Assembly (NCBI GenBank): GCA_020846635.1
Contig: JADLDO010000036.1
Span: 281,048 to 345,047 of the forward strand
DNA length: 64,000 nucleotides
From: Caldilineaceae bacterium
Lineage (GTDB): Bacteria > Chloroflexota > Anaerolineae > Caldilineales > Caldilineaceae
Reading direction: 5' to 3'
Part shown: positions 50,707 to 60,331 of the stretch, piece by piece
How positions within the stretch are numbered: the stretch's first letter is position 1
Layout of the letters: the number at the start of each line of letters is the position of its first letter
Notes under the pieces: model-generated
Told to the model about the DNA's origin: nothing
Database searches by the model: none
The model's input: the letters and a program-made list of their open reading frames with translations, nothing else
Program-made: the position numbers and the translations under genes

Positions 50707-51705
50707 GTGACCCTGCTCAAAGAATACATTTTACCCAGAATTTTGCAATGGCTGCTGGTCATTTTTATTGGCGTGACCATCACCTTCCTGATCCCGCGAC
50801 TCTCGCCCGTCAACCCCGTCGATCAAGCATTGGGGCGGATGAGCACCTTCCAGTCGCTTAGCCCGGAAGCAACGCTCGAACTGCGCCAATCGCTTCAAGA
50901 CCTCTACGGCCTAAATGGCACAATCCTGGATCAGTACATCAACTTCTGGAAGCGCGTCCTGCAAGGCGACTTAGGCCCTTCCTTCACCTCCTTTCCAATG
51001 ACCGTGAATGCCATCATCGGCAACAGCATCATCTGGACAATCGGTTTGCTTGGGTTCTCGGTGATACTGGCTTGGGTGCTAGGGCTCATCCTCGGCTCAC
51101 TAGCCGGCTATTTCCCCAATCGCTGGTGGTCGCGTGTTCTCGAAAATTCGCTGATCACCATCTATCCCATACCCTATTACATCCTTGCCTTTGTCCTGCT
51201 CATGCTTTTCACCTACTATCTTCCGATTTTTCCTCTGGTCGGTGGGGCAAGGGGAACCCCAGGTTTCACCTGGGCCTACATCAGCACCATTCTTCAACAT
51301 GGCTTTCTGCCCGCGCTTTCCATCGTCCTCGGTGCAATGGCCTTTCGCTTTATCATGTCTAAGGCGCTTGCCGGCAGCGAAAGATCAAGTGATTATGTCC
51401 AGTATGCGGAGATGGCAACCTTGCCCAAGCGCAAGATTCTCTTTTCCTATCTCATTCGCAATACCATGCTTCCCCAAGTGACAGACCTGGGATTGTCCTT
51501 AGGCGCAATCTTTGAAGGCGCGCTTATCACCGAAGTCGTCTTTGCCTATCCGGGTATCGGCAACGCGCTCTACAACGCCATTATCTCGGCAGACTACAAC
51601 ATGATCATGGGGATCACGTTGCTCTCCATCGTGGGCATTGCCACCGCGTCGCTGCTGGTGGATCTGACCTATCCGCTCTTCGATCCGCGCGTGCGCTATC
51701 GCTAG
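50707..51705 (+). CDS. ABC transporter permease (DppB/OppB-like)
   Basis: Typical N-terminal ILPRILQ..., six TM segments and C-terminal DPRVRY. GTG start with AAGAGG RBS. Confidence 0.85.
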   Translation: MTLLKEYILPRILQWLLVIFIGVTITFLIPRLSPVNPVDQALGRMSTFQSLSPEATLELRQSLQDLYGLNGTILDQYINFWKRVLQGDLGPSFTSFPMTVNAIIGNSIIWTIGLLGFSVILAWVLGLILGSLAGYFPNRWWSRVLENSLITIYPIPYYILAFVLLMLFTYYLPIFPLVGGARGTPGFTWAYISTILQHGFLPALSIVLGAMAFRFIMSKALAGSERSSDYVQYAEMATLPKRKILFSYLIRNTMLPQVTDLGLSLGAIFEGALITEVVFAYPGIGNALYNAIISADYNMIMGITLLSIVGIATASLLVDLTYPLFDPRVRYR

Positions 51706-51723
51706 GGAACTTCATCAAGGAAC

Positions 51724-52593
51724 TTGAAGCAAATGGTTGTCATACGAGATCTACTTCGCGCAAGCCCCTCATTTCGCATTGGCGCGCTGATCCTATTTGT
51801 TGTGGTGCTGCTGGTCATTCTCTCCTTCTTCTCTCCCTACGAGCCGGATGATCGCCGCGCCGTACCGCGTAATGAGCCACCATCACAGGAATTCATACTG
51901 GGGACCACCTCGACCGGGCAAGATGTCTTCTGGATGCTGACCTTTGCCGTACGCAATACGTTGATCGTCGCGGGCATCGCCGTCATCATTGGTCGCAGCA
52001 TTGGCGTCTTCTTGGGCATGATTTCGGGCTACGTAGGCGGCACCTTCGACCGGGTGGCTTCGTCCATCGTGGACAGTTTCATTGTCATCCCTCGCCTGCC
52101 GCTGGTTATTCTCATCGCCTCGATCCTGCGCGGCCAAATGTCGTTGCTTGGTTTGGCAGTGCTTCTCGGCTTGTTGGACTGGGCCTACCCATCCAAACGC
52201 TACCGCGCCCAAATTCTGAGCCTGCGCGAGCGCGAATTCACCCACACAGGTATCTTTGCCGGCATGAACACCTTCAAAATTGTCGCGCAAGAACATCTGC
52301 CCTTCTTAATCCCTTTCCTACTCGCCGATGTGGTCAGCGGCTTTTTGTTCGCAATTGGCTTCGAAGTGACGCTCGCTGTCCTCGGCTTGAGCGACCTCGA
52401 CTCACAAAGTATCGGCACGATGATCTACTGGGGCAACTATTACCAGGCCCTCCTGACCAATCGGACGTGGGTACTCATTGCGCCCATTGCCGCCTCGGTT
52501 GTGATTGTCATTGGTTTCTACCTGGTCTCGATTGGGATGAGCAGCTATCTCGACCCGCGCACGCGCCTAGCGCGCATGCAAGCCAGAAGCTAA
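51724..52593 (+). CDS. ABC transporter permease (DppC/OppC-like)
   Basis: GTTSTGQDVF motif and C-terminal LDPRTR. Start is TTG 51724 or ATG 51733. Confidence 0.85.
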   Translation: MKQMVVIRDLLRASPSFRIGALILFVVVLLVILSFFSPYEPDDRRAVPRNEPPSQEFILGTTSTGQDVFWMLTFAVRNTLIVAGIAVIIGRSIGVFLGMISGYVGGTFDRVASSIVDSFIVIPRLPLVILIASILRGQMSLLGLAVLLGLLDWAYPSKRYRAQILSLREREFTHTGIFAGMNTFKIVAQEHLPFLIPFLLADVVSGFLFAIGFEVTLAVLGLSDLDSQSIGTMIYWGNYYQALLTNRTWVLIAPIAASVVIVIGFYLVSIGMSSYLDPRTRLARMQARS

Positions 52594-52647
52594 TACGCAT
52601 CAGGGTCTACCCAATCAATAAAGGTCTATCAAATAAGGGTCAAATTG

Positions 52648-53667
52648 ATGAGGAATATTGTCGAAGTCAATAACCTAAAGGCCTATTATATCACCGAAGC
52701 CTTTGGTATTGAACGCACCGTCAAAGCCGTGGATGGCATCTCGCTGCAAATCAAAACGGGCGAAGTGTACGGCATTGCTGGAGAATCGGGCTGCGGCAAA
52801 TCAACGCTTCTAAAGGTCTTGCTGGGCGCGCACCAGCCGCCATTAACCATTGTCGATGGTTCGGTCAAGTACTTTTTCGATGGCGCAGAAATCGCCACCC
52901 TCTCGCTCGATCACAACAGCCTGCGCGATCTACGCTGGAAAGAAGTCTCCTACATCCCGCAGGGTTCGATGCACGTCCTAAACCCGGTGCGGCGCATCCG
53001 TGACACCTTCTATGACTTCATCACCGCGCACGCGCCATTTGGCAAGGCAGAATCGACCGAGATGACGCGCGTCTATCTGCGCGGGCTCGGTCTGCCGGAG
53101 AAAGTCTTGGCGGCCTATCCGCACCAGCTTTCCGGTGGGATGCGCCAACGCGTCACCATTGCTTTGGCGACAATTCTCTCGCCCAAACTTATCTTTGCCG
53201 ACGAGCCTACCACCGCGCTGGATGTCATTGTCCAGCGCGGCGTGATCCAGCTTCTCAAAGAAATTCAACAAAAAGAGGGCAGCACCATTGTGCTGATCAC
53301 CCATGACCTCGGCGTCCATGCCAATCTAGCAGACCGCATTGGCGTCTTATACGCGGGCAAACTTGTCGAGGAGGCAGACAAATACACCATCCTCAAAGAG
53401 CCGCGCCACCCCTACACACAATATCTGATCAACTCGTTGCCCAGGCTCGATGAACGCGCCGAGCGTGTCAGTATTCCAGGTCGCCCACCGGCATTGGACA
53501 ATCCACCCACCGGATGCCGCTTCCATCCACGCTGCCCCTTTGCTATGGATAAATGCCGCACCGATGACCCGGAACTTCTTCCCATTCTGCCTGGTCACCG
53601 CGTCGCCTGTCATCTTGTTGCCGATGGGTTAGTTGTAGAAGAGGCAAGCTATGCAACAGCACGCTAA
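52648..53667 (+). CDS. ABC transporter ATP-binding protein (DppD/OppD-like)
   Basis: Walker A GESGCGKST, LSGGMRQR, FADEPTTALD and a C-terminal oligopeptide-type domain (HPYT, CRFHPRCP). Confidence 0.9.
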   Translation: MRNIVEVNNLKAYYITEAFGIERTVKAVDGISLQIKTGEVYGIAGESGCGKSTLLKVLLGAHQPPLTIVDGSVKYFFDGAEIATLSLDHNSLRDLRWKEVSYIPQGSMHVLNPVRRIRDTFYDFITAHAPFGKAESTEMTRVYLRGLGLPEKVLAAYPHQLSGGMRQRVTIALATILSPKLIFADEPTTALDVIVQRGVIQLLKEIQQKEGSTIVLITHDLGVHANLADRIGVLYAGKLVEEADKYTILKEPRHPYTQYLINSLPRLDERAERVSIPGRPPALDNPPTGCRFHPRCPFAMDKCRTDDPELLPILPGHRVACHLVADGLVVEEASYATAR

Positions 53668-54703
53668 CACCGAACTCCTGGTCGCAGATCATGTGACAAA
53701 GGTCTTTGCCATTCGCCAGGGCTTTTCCTCCAAATCATTCCATGCCGTTGACGCAGCTTCCTTCACACTTGATGCCGCAACGCCCGAAATCTTTACCATC
53801 GCCGGAGAAAGCGGCAGCGGCAAAACGACACTTGCGCGCATGATTCTGGGCATGGAAAACCCGACTTCGGGCCAACTCCGCTACAAAGATCGCAGCATCG
53901 CCGGATTGACAAGGGGTGAAAAACGTTCCTGGTTCTTCAAGGAAGTACAACCTGTCTTTCAGGATCCGTTTGCCGCGTTCAGCCCGCTCAAACGCATCGA
54001 CCACTATCTTTACGAAACGGTGTACAACTACAATATTACCAACAAAGCGGGGGCAGACAAGTATATCAACGAAACGCTCGCAGAAGTCGGGCTTTCGCTG
54101 GCAGAGATCAAGGGCCGTTATCCGAACGAGCTTTCGGGTGGACAGGCACAACGCGTCGCCATTGCCCGCGCCCTGCTCACGCGTCCCTCCCTCATTGTCG
54201 CCGATGAGCCCGTTTCCATGCTCGATGCCTCGCTGCGTATGTCGATTGTCAATATGTTTCGTCGCCTCAAAGAGGATCAGCAGGTGAGTATCCTCTATAT
54301 CACCCACGATCTGGCAACAGCCTATTATTGTGCAGACCGGATCGCGGTCATGCTCCGCGGCTGGATTGTTGAGATGGGGCCCGTCGAACAGGTATTGGGG
54401 ACGCCTCTACACCCCTATACGCAGAATCTCAAGGAGGCCATCCCCCAGGCAGACCCCGACAAAGTGTGGGAGCAAAAGATCGATCTGGCTACCCTGGAGA
54501 CAGATGAGTACATGCGCACCGGCTGCAAATATGCAGGCCGCTGCCCTTATGTCATGGATGTTTGCCGCCAGAAGGTTCCGGGCAACTATCAGGCGGAAGG
54601 TCGCATGGTGAAATGCTTCCTCTATGATGAGGCAACCGTCGGGGCTGAAAAAGTTGCCAAGAACCTAGCCGGGGAGATTCCACTGACGCCTATTACGGCA
54701 TGA
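53651..54703 (+). CDS. ABC transporter ATP-binding protein (DppF/OppF-like)
   Basis: GESGSGKTT, LSGGQAQR, VADEPVSMLD and a C-terminal HPYT...C..AGRCP motif. Confidence 0.9.
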   Translation: MQQHANTELLVADHVTKVFAIRQGFSSKSFHAVDAASFTLDAATPEIFTIAGESGSGKTTLARMILGMENPTSGQLRYKDRSIAGLTRGEKRSWFFKEVQPVFQDPFAAFSPLKRIDHYLYETVYNYNITNKAGADKYINETLAEVGLSLAEIKGRYPNELSGGQAQRVAIARALLTRPSLIVADEPVSMLDASLRMSIVNMFRRLKEDQQVSILYITHDLATAYYCADRIAVMLRGWIVEMGPVEQVLGTPLHPYTQNLKEAIPQADPDKVWEQKIDLATLETDEYMRTGCKYAGRCPYVMDVCRQKVPGNYQAEGRMVKCFLYDEATVGAEKVAKNLAGEIPLTPITA

Positions 54704-54813
54704 CTCAGTGAACTCTCGCCTCGGTAGCGACATTCTAAACTCGCGCCCAAGCGGGTGAGCGACAGGATAAGTTTCTGTCCCCAATAGGAGAACACCCCCA
54801 CAGAGGCACAAGA

Positions 54814-54842
54814 TTGACGTAGATACTCCACAATGCTATAGT
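54814..54842 (+). promoter_or_regulatory. promoter module B (extended -10)
   Basis: TTGACG (54814-54819), 17-nt spacer ending in TGC, TATAGT (54837-54842). Confidence 0.6.
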
Positions 54843-54847
54843 GAAAG

Positions 54848-54893
54848 AACCGTAATAGAATCGTAAATCCTGGCGTTCACAAGTAGTTGCGAT
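54848..54893 (+). promoter_or_regulatory. conserved leader/operator element B (CGTAA-N6-CGTAA-N19-GTTGCGAT)
   Basis: CGTAA at 54851-54855 and 54862-54866; GTTGCGAT at 54886-54893. AUCGUAA (54860-54866) can pair with UUGCGAU (54887-54893). Confidence 0.45.
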
Positions 54894-55099
54894 ATGTTCA
54901 CCTAACCGCAACCAAGACTTTCGATATTACTTTGCTCCCTTATTTTCGGCCTCATGCGATCTATTACGGCTGCATCCTTTGCCAATGTCGTTCAGCGCAG
55001 AATCTCGCTGTGCATAGCACAAAGCGTTACTCCATTTAGTGTCTAGCGCTCGCATCATCACTCATGTCGCTTCTCTAACCGACAAGTAGGAGTTTACCC

Positions 55100-56113
55100 A
55101 TGCTAAAAGTAGCTGTCATCGGGATGGGCAACATCGGCAATACCCATGCCCCCGTCTATCAAGCCGACCCGCTCAGCGAATTGGTCGCGGTCTGCGACAT
55201 CAACCGTGAGCGCGCCGACAAAGCGGCGCAACGCTACGGCGTCCCTGCCTTTTACAGCGTTGACGATCTACTCCGCAATGTTCAACTGGACGCAGTGACT
55301 GTCAGCAGCGCAGGCGTCGAAAATGGCGGCGACCATGCCGAACCCACCCTACAATGCCTCGAAGCAGGTCTTAACGTTCTGTGCGAAAAGCCTATCTCCA
55401 ACGACATCGAAAAAGCGCGCGAGATGGTGCGTAAGGCCGACGAAAAGGGTGTCTATTTTGGCATCAACTTGAACCATCGCTTCGTTCCCCCAGCCGCGAA
55501 GGCGAAACAGTGGGTCACAGAGGGCAGGTTGGGAGATCTCCTGCTGATCAACATGACCATGTGGATCGGGAATCCCAACGAAACATCGCCCTGGTTCCAC
55601 CTGCGCGCCCTCCATCCGCACTCGCTGGACATCATGCGCTACTTCTGCGGCGATGTTGTGCGCGTCCACGCCTTTCTCAACCGCGCGCCGGGTCGCATCA
55701 CCTTCTCCAACGCCCAAGTAAACCTCGAATTTGCCAACGGTGTCGTCGGTCATCTCACCGGCTCCTATGACACCAACCCGCGTCACAATCTCGAACGATG
55801 TGAGGTCATGGGAACCAAAGGCCGCTTTGTCCTAGACAATCTTTACGAGGAGCTAACCCTCTACCCGCGCGACAGCGAAGAACTGACGGTCATCCGCAAC
55901 AGCATCATGGGCGGCTTGAGTGGCTTTACCGCTACCTTTACCAATCGCATCCATCGTTGGCTAGAGCAGGTCAGCGCCGGTGTCCCGCGTGATCAACTGG
56001 AAGCATCCGGTCACGAAGGGCTGGCGGTGCAGGAAATCATCGAGGCAGCGATCAAGTCCCATCATTCGGGACGAGCCGAGACGGTTCACAAAATGGAAAC
56101 CGTAACAGCCTAA
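55100..56113 (+). CDS. Gfo/Idh/MocA family oxidoreductase
   Basis: N-terminal Rossmann VAVIGMGNIGNTH and the EKP motif (LCEKPIS). AGGAG RBS. Confidence 0.85.
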   Translation: MLKVAVIGMGNIGNTHAPVYQADPLSELVAVCDINRERADKAAQRYGVPAFYSVDDLLRNVQLDAVTVSSAGVENGGDHAEPTLQCLEAGLNVLCEKPISNDIEKAREMVRKADEKGVYFGINLNHRFVPPAAKAKQWVTEGRLGDLLLINMTMWIGNPNETSPWFHLRALHPHSLDIMRYFCGDVVRVHAFLNRAPGRITFSNAQVNLEFANGVVGHLTGSYDTNPRHNLERCEVMGTKGRFVLDNLYEELTLYPRDSEELTVIRNSIMGGLSGFTATFTNRIHRWLEQVSAGVPRDQLEASGHEGLAVQEIIEAAIKSHHSGRAETVHKMETVTA

Positions 56114-56208
56114 GCATCTGCATGACCAGGTTGGTTCGTTCCAACATCCATCCCGCCGCTTTTGCGCGCCCACAGTGCGCCTAACCAGCGCCTAGAAGGT
56201 TTGCGTCT

Positions 56209-57201
56209 ATGCAACGCGTCAGTGTCATTGGCATGGGGGTCATCGGCAATCGCCACGCCAAGCTCTATCAAGAAGATCCACTTGCCGAGCTAGTTGGCGT
56301 CTGTGATTGGGATCATGCACGCGCCGATGCTGCTGCCAAAGCCTTCGGGGTACCAGCCTATTATGATGTGCAAGAGATGCTGGAGAAGGCACGTCCCCAG
56401 GTAGTCAGCGTAGCAACCGGCGGTCACGAATATGGCAGCGAACACTTCTTGCCCACCATGCAGGCGCTAGAATTCGGCTGTCACGTGTTGGGAGAAAAGC
56501 CGATCTCGAATGAGATCCCCGAAGCCGAGCAAATGGTTGCGAAGGCCAAAGAGAAGGGGCTCTGCTACGGCATCAACCTCAACCACCGCTTCACACCCGC
56601 AGCCCTGCTCGCCAAGAAATGGCAGGACGAGGGCCGCGTGGGCCATCTGCTCTTCATGAACATGAGCATGTGGATTATGAATCCGCGCGAAACCTCCCCC
56701 TATTTCCAACTCAAGGCGCTGCATCCCCACACGGTGGATATCATGCGCTACTATTGCGGCGACATTGAGGCAGTGCAATGCTTCGCCACCAAGGCCCCCG
56801 GACGCACAATCTGGTCAACCGCAACGTTCAACATGCGCTTCAAAAATGGGACCGTTGGTACTCTAACAGGCTCCTATGACATCGAACGCGGCCACCCTAT
56901 GGAACGCTGTGAAGTCGCAGGAACCAAAGGGCGCTTCGTCATCGAGGATATGTACCAACAAGTCACCCTCTATCCCGCCGGTGACATGGAACGGCGTGTC
57001 TACGCTAATCCCATCTTTGGCGGGATGCGCGAGTTTGAAGACACCTTCCGCAACCGCATCCACAAATTTCTCGAACAAGTGGACGCAGGTGCAGCCCCGG
57101 ACGAGATAGACGGGGCAGGCAGCGACGGTCTGGCCGCGCAAAAGGTGCTGGCAGCCGCGATTGAATCGTTGCTGACCGAGACGGTTGTATACGTAAAATA
57201 G
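56209..57201 (+). CDS. Gfo/Idh/MocA family oxidoreductase (tandem paralogue)
   Basis: VSVIGMGVIGNRH and LGEKPIS. Colinear similarity to 55100-56113 throughout. Confidence 0.85.
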   Translation: MQRVSVIGMGVIGNRHAKLYQEDPLAELVGVCDWDHARADAAAKAFGVPAYYDVQEMLEKARPQVVSVATGGHEYGSEHFLPTMQALEFGCHVLGEKPISNEIPEAEQMVAKAKEKGLCYGINLNHRFTPAALLAKKWQDEGRVGHLLFMNMSMWIMNPRETSPYFQLKALHPHTVDIMRYYCGDIEAVQCFATKAPGRTIWSTATFNMRFKNGTVGTLTGSYDIERGHPMERCEVAGTKGRFVIEDMYQQVTLYPAGDMERRVYANPIFGGMREFEDTFRNRIHKFLEQVDAGAAPDEIDGAGSDGLAAQKVLAAAIESLLTETVVYVK

Positions 57202-57216
57202 CCGAGCGAATACACG

Positions 57217-57260
57217 TCTTGACCGTACGAACACCGTCTATGGCGTCCATACGGTCAAGA
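57217..57260. promoter_or_regulatory. inverted repeat TCTTGACCGTA-N22-TACGGTCAAGA (operator or terminator)
   Basis: Perfect 11-bp arms at 57217-57227 and 57250-57260. It lies between the second oxidoreductase stop and the sulfatase-like gene. Confidence 0.45.
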
Positions 57261-57306
57261 TGCGCGATATATGAGTCCATAAAATCATAAAGGAGCAGTT
57301 TCTTTC

Positions 57307-58713
57307 ATGCCCGCAAAACGACGTCGCCAGCGTCCACCCAATATTGTCTTTCTGGGGATCGATTCCCTGCGCCGCGACCATATGAGTGGCTATGACTATC
57401 ATCGCCTCACCACGCCGCACCTGGATCGCTTTGCCCAGGGTGGCACACTCTTTGAGAACACCTTCAGCGCGCACATCCCCACCACAAGCGCCTACGCATC
57501 CATGCTCACCGGCCTGGATGTCTTTAATACCCAAGTGGTCGCGCTGCGCCATAAGGGCGGGCTGCGTCCAGAGGTCTCCACACTCGCCGAAATCCTCAAG
57601 GCAGAGGGGTACAATACAAGCTGCGTGGGGTTCACTGGCAACCCAAGTTCGCGTGGCTTCGACACCTACCTGGATTACAACGGGTGGGGCAGTTGGAACG
57701 AGGGACGCAGCCCCAAAGCCGAAAATCTCAACGCCGTGGCGATTCCAGAATTGACGAAACTCGCCAAAAAGCGTGATCCCTTCTTCCTCTTTCTGCGCCA
57801 CATGGACCCCCATGCCCCCTATCTGCCACCGGCCCCCTATGAGCGCGCCTTTTATCATGGCAATGAAACTGACCCCAAGAACGAATCCATGAAGCCGGTG
57901 ATGGAGTTCAAACCCTTCCGCGACTTCTTCGCCAGTTGGATGCCGCCGGGGATCAGCGACAAAGACTATGTCATTGCCCAATATGATGGGGCCATCGCCT
58001 ACATGGACGCTGCCATCCAGACCATTTTCACGGCGCTGGAGGCCAAAGGTCTGGCAGAAGATACAATTGTCGTCGTCAACGGCGACCACGGCGAAACGCT
58101 CTATGAACATGACTGCTACTTCGACCACCACGGTCTCTATGAATGTACGCTGACCGTACCGCTCATCATTCGCTACCCAGGTCGAGTTCCCGCGGGCAAG
58201 CGTGTCAAGGGCTACAATCAGCACAAGGATCTTGTACCCACGCTGCTAGAGTTGGCCGAAATCGAGCGCAGTGACATCAACTTTGACGGGCGCAGCCTCA
58301 TGCAGATGGTACGCGGCGAGGTCGCATCATTCGATTCAGAGATGTACATCACAGAATGTACCTGGATGCGTAAGCATGGTTGGCGCACACCTGAATGGAA
58401 GCTCATCGTTGCGCTTGAACCGGATTTCCACTTCAAGCCCCCCGTCGAACTCTATAACCTCATTGCCGACCCCGGCGAAACCAATAACCTCGCCGAGGCC
58501 GAGCCGGAGATGGTTGCCTTGCTCAAGGGCCGCATGGAAAGCTGGATCGCCCAGCGCGAGGCGGAGACAGGTCTGCCCAACCCCATCTACAACCAGGGAG
58601 ACTGGCATGGGCATGAGGGAGTGGGGGCCTTCAAAAGCTCCCAGCAAGCCTATGATACGATGCACATCGGCGACCCGGCGCAAGCAGCCAAGCTGCAAGC
58701 TCGTTCTCGCTAA
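57307..58713 (+). CDS. sulfatase-like alkaline-phosphatase-superfamily hydrolase lacking the C/S-x-P-x-R motif (Thr at nucleophile position)
   Basis: PNIVFLGIDSLRRDH and TPHLDRFA align with sulfatases. The signature reads PTTSAYASMLTG instead of CxPxRxxxLTG. GDHGE is present. AAGGAG RBS. Confidence 0.75.
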   Translation: MPAKRRRQRPPNIVFLGIDSLRRDHMSGYDYHRLTTPHLDRFAQGGTLFENTFSAHIPTTSAYASMLTGLDVFNTQVVALRHKGGLRPEVSTLAEILKAEGYNTSCVGFTGNPSSRGFDTYLDYNGWGSWNEGRSPKAENLNAVAIPELTKLAKKRDPFFLFLRHMDPHAPYLPPAPYERAFYHGNETDPKNESMKPVMEFKPFRDFFASWMPPGISDKDYVIAQYDGAIAYMDAAIQTIFTALEAKGLAEDTIVVVNGDHGETLYEHDCYFDHHGLYECTLTVPLIIRYPGRVPAGKRVKGYNQHKDLVPTLLELAEIERSDINFDGRSLMQMVRGEVASFDSEMYITECTWMRKHGWRTPEWKLIVALEPDFHFKPPVELYNLIADPGETNNLAEAEPEMVALLKGRMESWIAQREAETGLPNPIYNQGDWHGHEGVGAFKSSQQAYDTMHIGDPAQAAKLQARSR

Positions 58714-58748
58714 CCGGCGCATGTGCTAAGACTGGAAAGCAGAAAAGC

Positions 58749-59600
58749 ATGATCATCGACAGCCATTGTCACGCCTGGACATACTGGCCCTACCAACCCG
58801 AAGTCCCTGACCCAGAGTCACGCGGGCGTGTGGAGCAATTACTCTTTGCGATGGATCAGAGCGGCGTTGATCGCGCCATGATCGTCTGTGCGCGCATTGA
58901 CCACAACCCCGAAAACAATGAGTATATCGCCGAACAGGTAAAGCGCTTCCCCGACCGGCTCTATCAAGTGGCTGACGTCGATTGCTCCTGGTGGCCCACC
59001 TATCACACGCCCGGCGCGGCGGATCGCCTTAACGAAACCGCCGACCGCTTCTCGCTCGTCGGTTTTACCCACTATCTCTCCGGCGAGGACGACGGGCAGT
59101 GGCTCACCACCGATGAAGGGATGGCCTTCTTTCGGGCAGCAGCAGAGCGCAATTTGATCGCCAGCATCTCCTGCGCGCCACATCACCTGGCCCCCCTGCG
59201 CCAGGTAGCCGCTGCCTTTCCAGAGTTGCCCATTCTGATTCACCACATGGGCATGGTCAAAGCCGCCGAACGCTGGCCCCACCCCAATCTACAAGAGCTG
59301 TTACGCTGTGCCCAACAGCCCAACATGTTCGTCAAAGTATCGGGCTTTGCCTATGCCGCCACCGTCAAATGGGACTTCCCCTATTCGGAAACCCTGTGGC
59401 TGGTGCGGGTGCTCTATGAAAACTTCGGCCCCCACCGTCTCTGTTGGGGTTCTGACTATCCAGTAGTACGCCAGTTTATGACCTACCGGCACTCATTGGA
59501 AGCCTTCCGCACCCATTGCACCTTTATCAGTGACGAGGACAAAGCCTGGATCCTCGGCAAAAGCCTTGCCCGCCTCTTGCAGGAGCGACAGCCCGCATGA
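58749..59600 (+). CDS. amidohydrolase-2 family protein (lactonase/decarboxylase-type TIM barrel)
   Basis: N-terminal IIDSHCHAW and C-terminal CWGSDYP are hallmarks of Amidohydro_2 (COG3618-like sugar lactonases). Confidence 0.75.
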   Translation: MIIDSHCHAWTYWPYQPEVPDPESRGRVEQLLFAMDQSGVDRAMIVCARIDHNPENNEYIAEQVKRFPDRLYQVADVDCSWWPTYHTPGAADRLNETADRFSLVGFTHYLSGEDDGQWLTTDEGMAFFRAAAERNLIASISCAPHHLAPLRQVAAAFPELPILIHHMGMVKAAERWPHPNLQELLRCAQQPNMFVKVSGFAYAATVKWDFPYSETLWLVRVLYENFGPHRLCWGSDYPVVRQFMTYRHSLEAFRTHCTFISDEDKAWILGKSLARLLQERQPA

Positions 59601-60331
59601 CCCTCACCACCATCATTGGCCGCGGCCATTCGGGCACGCGCGCCATTTCGCACACGCTCTATGCAAGCGGCGTCTACATGGGCGCTTCGATCAATCGTTC
59701 CGGTGACTTGATCCCACCCCATGATATGTACGAAGCCTGCCGCATCTTGGCGCGCTCCGTGGAATGGAAAGGCGGGCTGAGTTGGGACTTTAGCAAGCTG
59801 CACACCATGCCCATTCCCGATGAGTTCACCCAACTCATCCATTCCTATCTCAAGAGTGTGCTGGAGGAGCACGAAAAGGATCCATCTGCCCTGGTCGGCT
59901 GGAAGATTCCCGAAACCACGCTGGTCTATCCCTGGATCGTGCGCATGTTCCCGGAAATCAAGTACATCTTCTGGATTCGCGACCCGCGCGATTGCATCCT
60001 CAATCGTCACATCACTGATGATCTCCGCACCTTCGGCATCAGCTATCCAGAAACCGACGACGTGCGCTTGCAGCGCGCGATTTCGTGGAAGTATCAGTAT
60101 GAGTTGGTGAAGGCAACCCCCCGACCCGCCAACTGGATCGAGGTTCGCTTTGAGGATTTTGTGTTGCACCAGGAGCAGACATTGGCGCGCCTTGAAGAAT
60201 ACTTGGGTATCCCTCTTGGGCGTATCATCGTGCGCCCGGATGCCGTGGAACGCTACATGCTTGACGATAAAATTCATGACTTCGACTTCTTTGCGCCAGA
60301 GCTAGCCCATTATGGCTATGTCACAGCCTAA
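59597..60331 (+). CDS. sulfotransferase family protein
   Basis: 5'-PSB-like IIGRGHSGTRAIS and 3'-PB-like IFWIRDPRD. ATGA overlap with the upstream gene and a 20-nt overlap with the downstream sulfatase. Confidence 0.65.
   Translation: MTLTTIIGRGHSGTRAISHTLYASGVYMGASINRSGDLIPPHDMYEACRILARSVEWKGGLSWDFSKLHTMPIPDEFTQLIHSYLKSVLEEHEKDPSALVGWKIPETTLVYPWIVRMFPEIKYIFWIRDPRDCILNRHITDDLRTFGISYPETDDVRLQRAISWKYQYELVKATPRPANWIEVRFEDFVLHQEQTLARLEEYLGIPLGRIIVRPDAVERYMLDDKIHDFDFFAPELAHYGYVTA

Noticed and set aside
52594-52647. Three degenerate AGG(G)TC(T/A)A...CAA(T)AA repeats in the permease-ATPase spacer.
   Set aside because: The repeats are short and imperfect in an A-rich spacer that also has to carry the RBS. 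They are indistinguishable from chance without comparative data.
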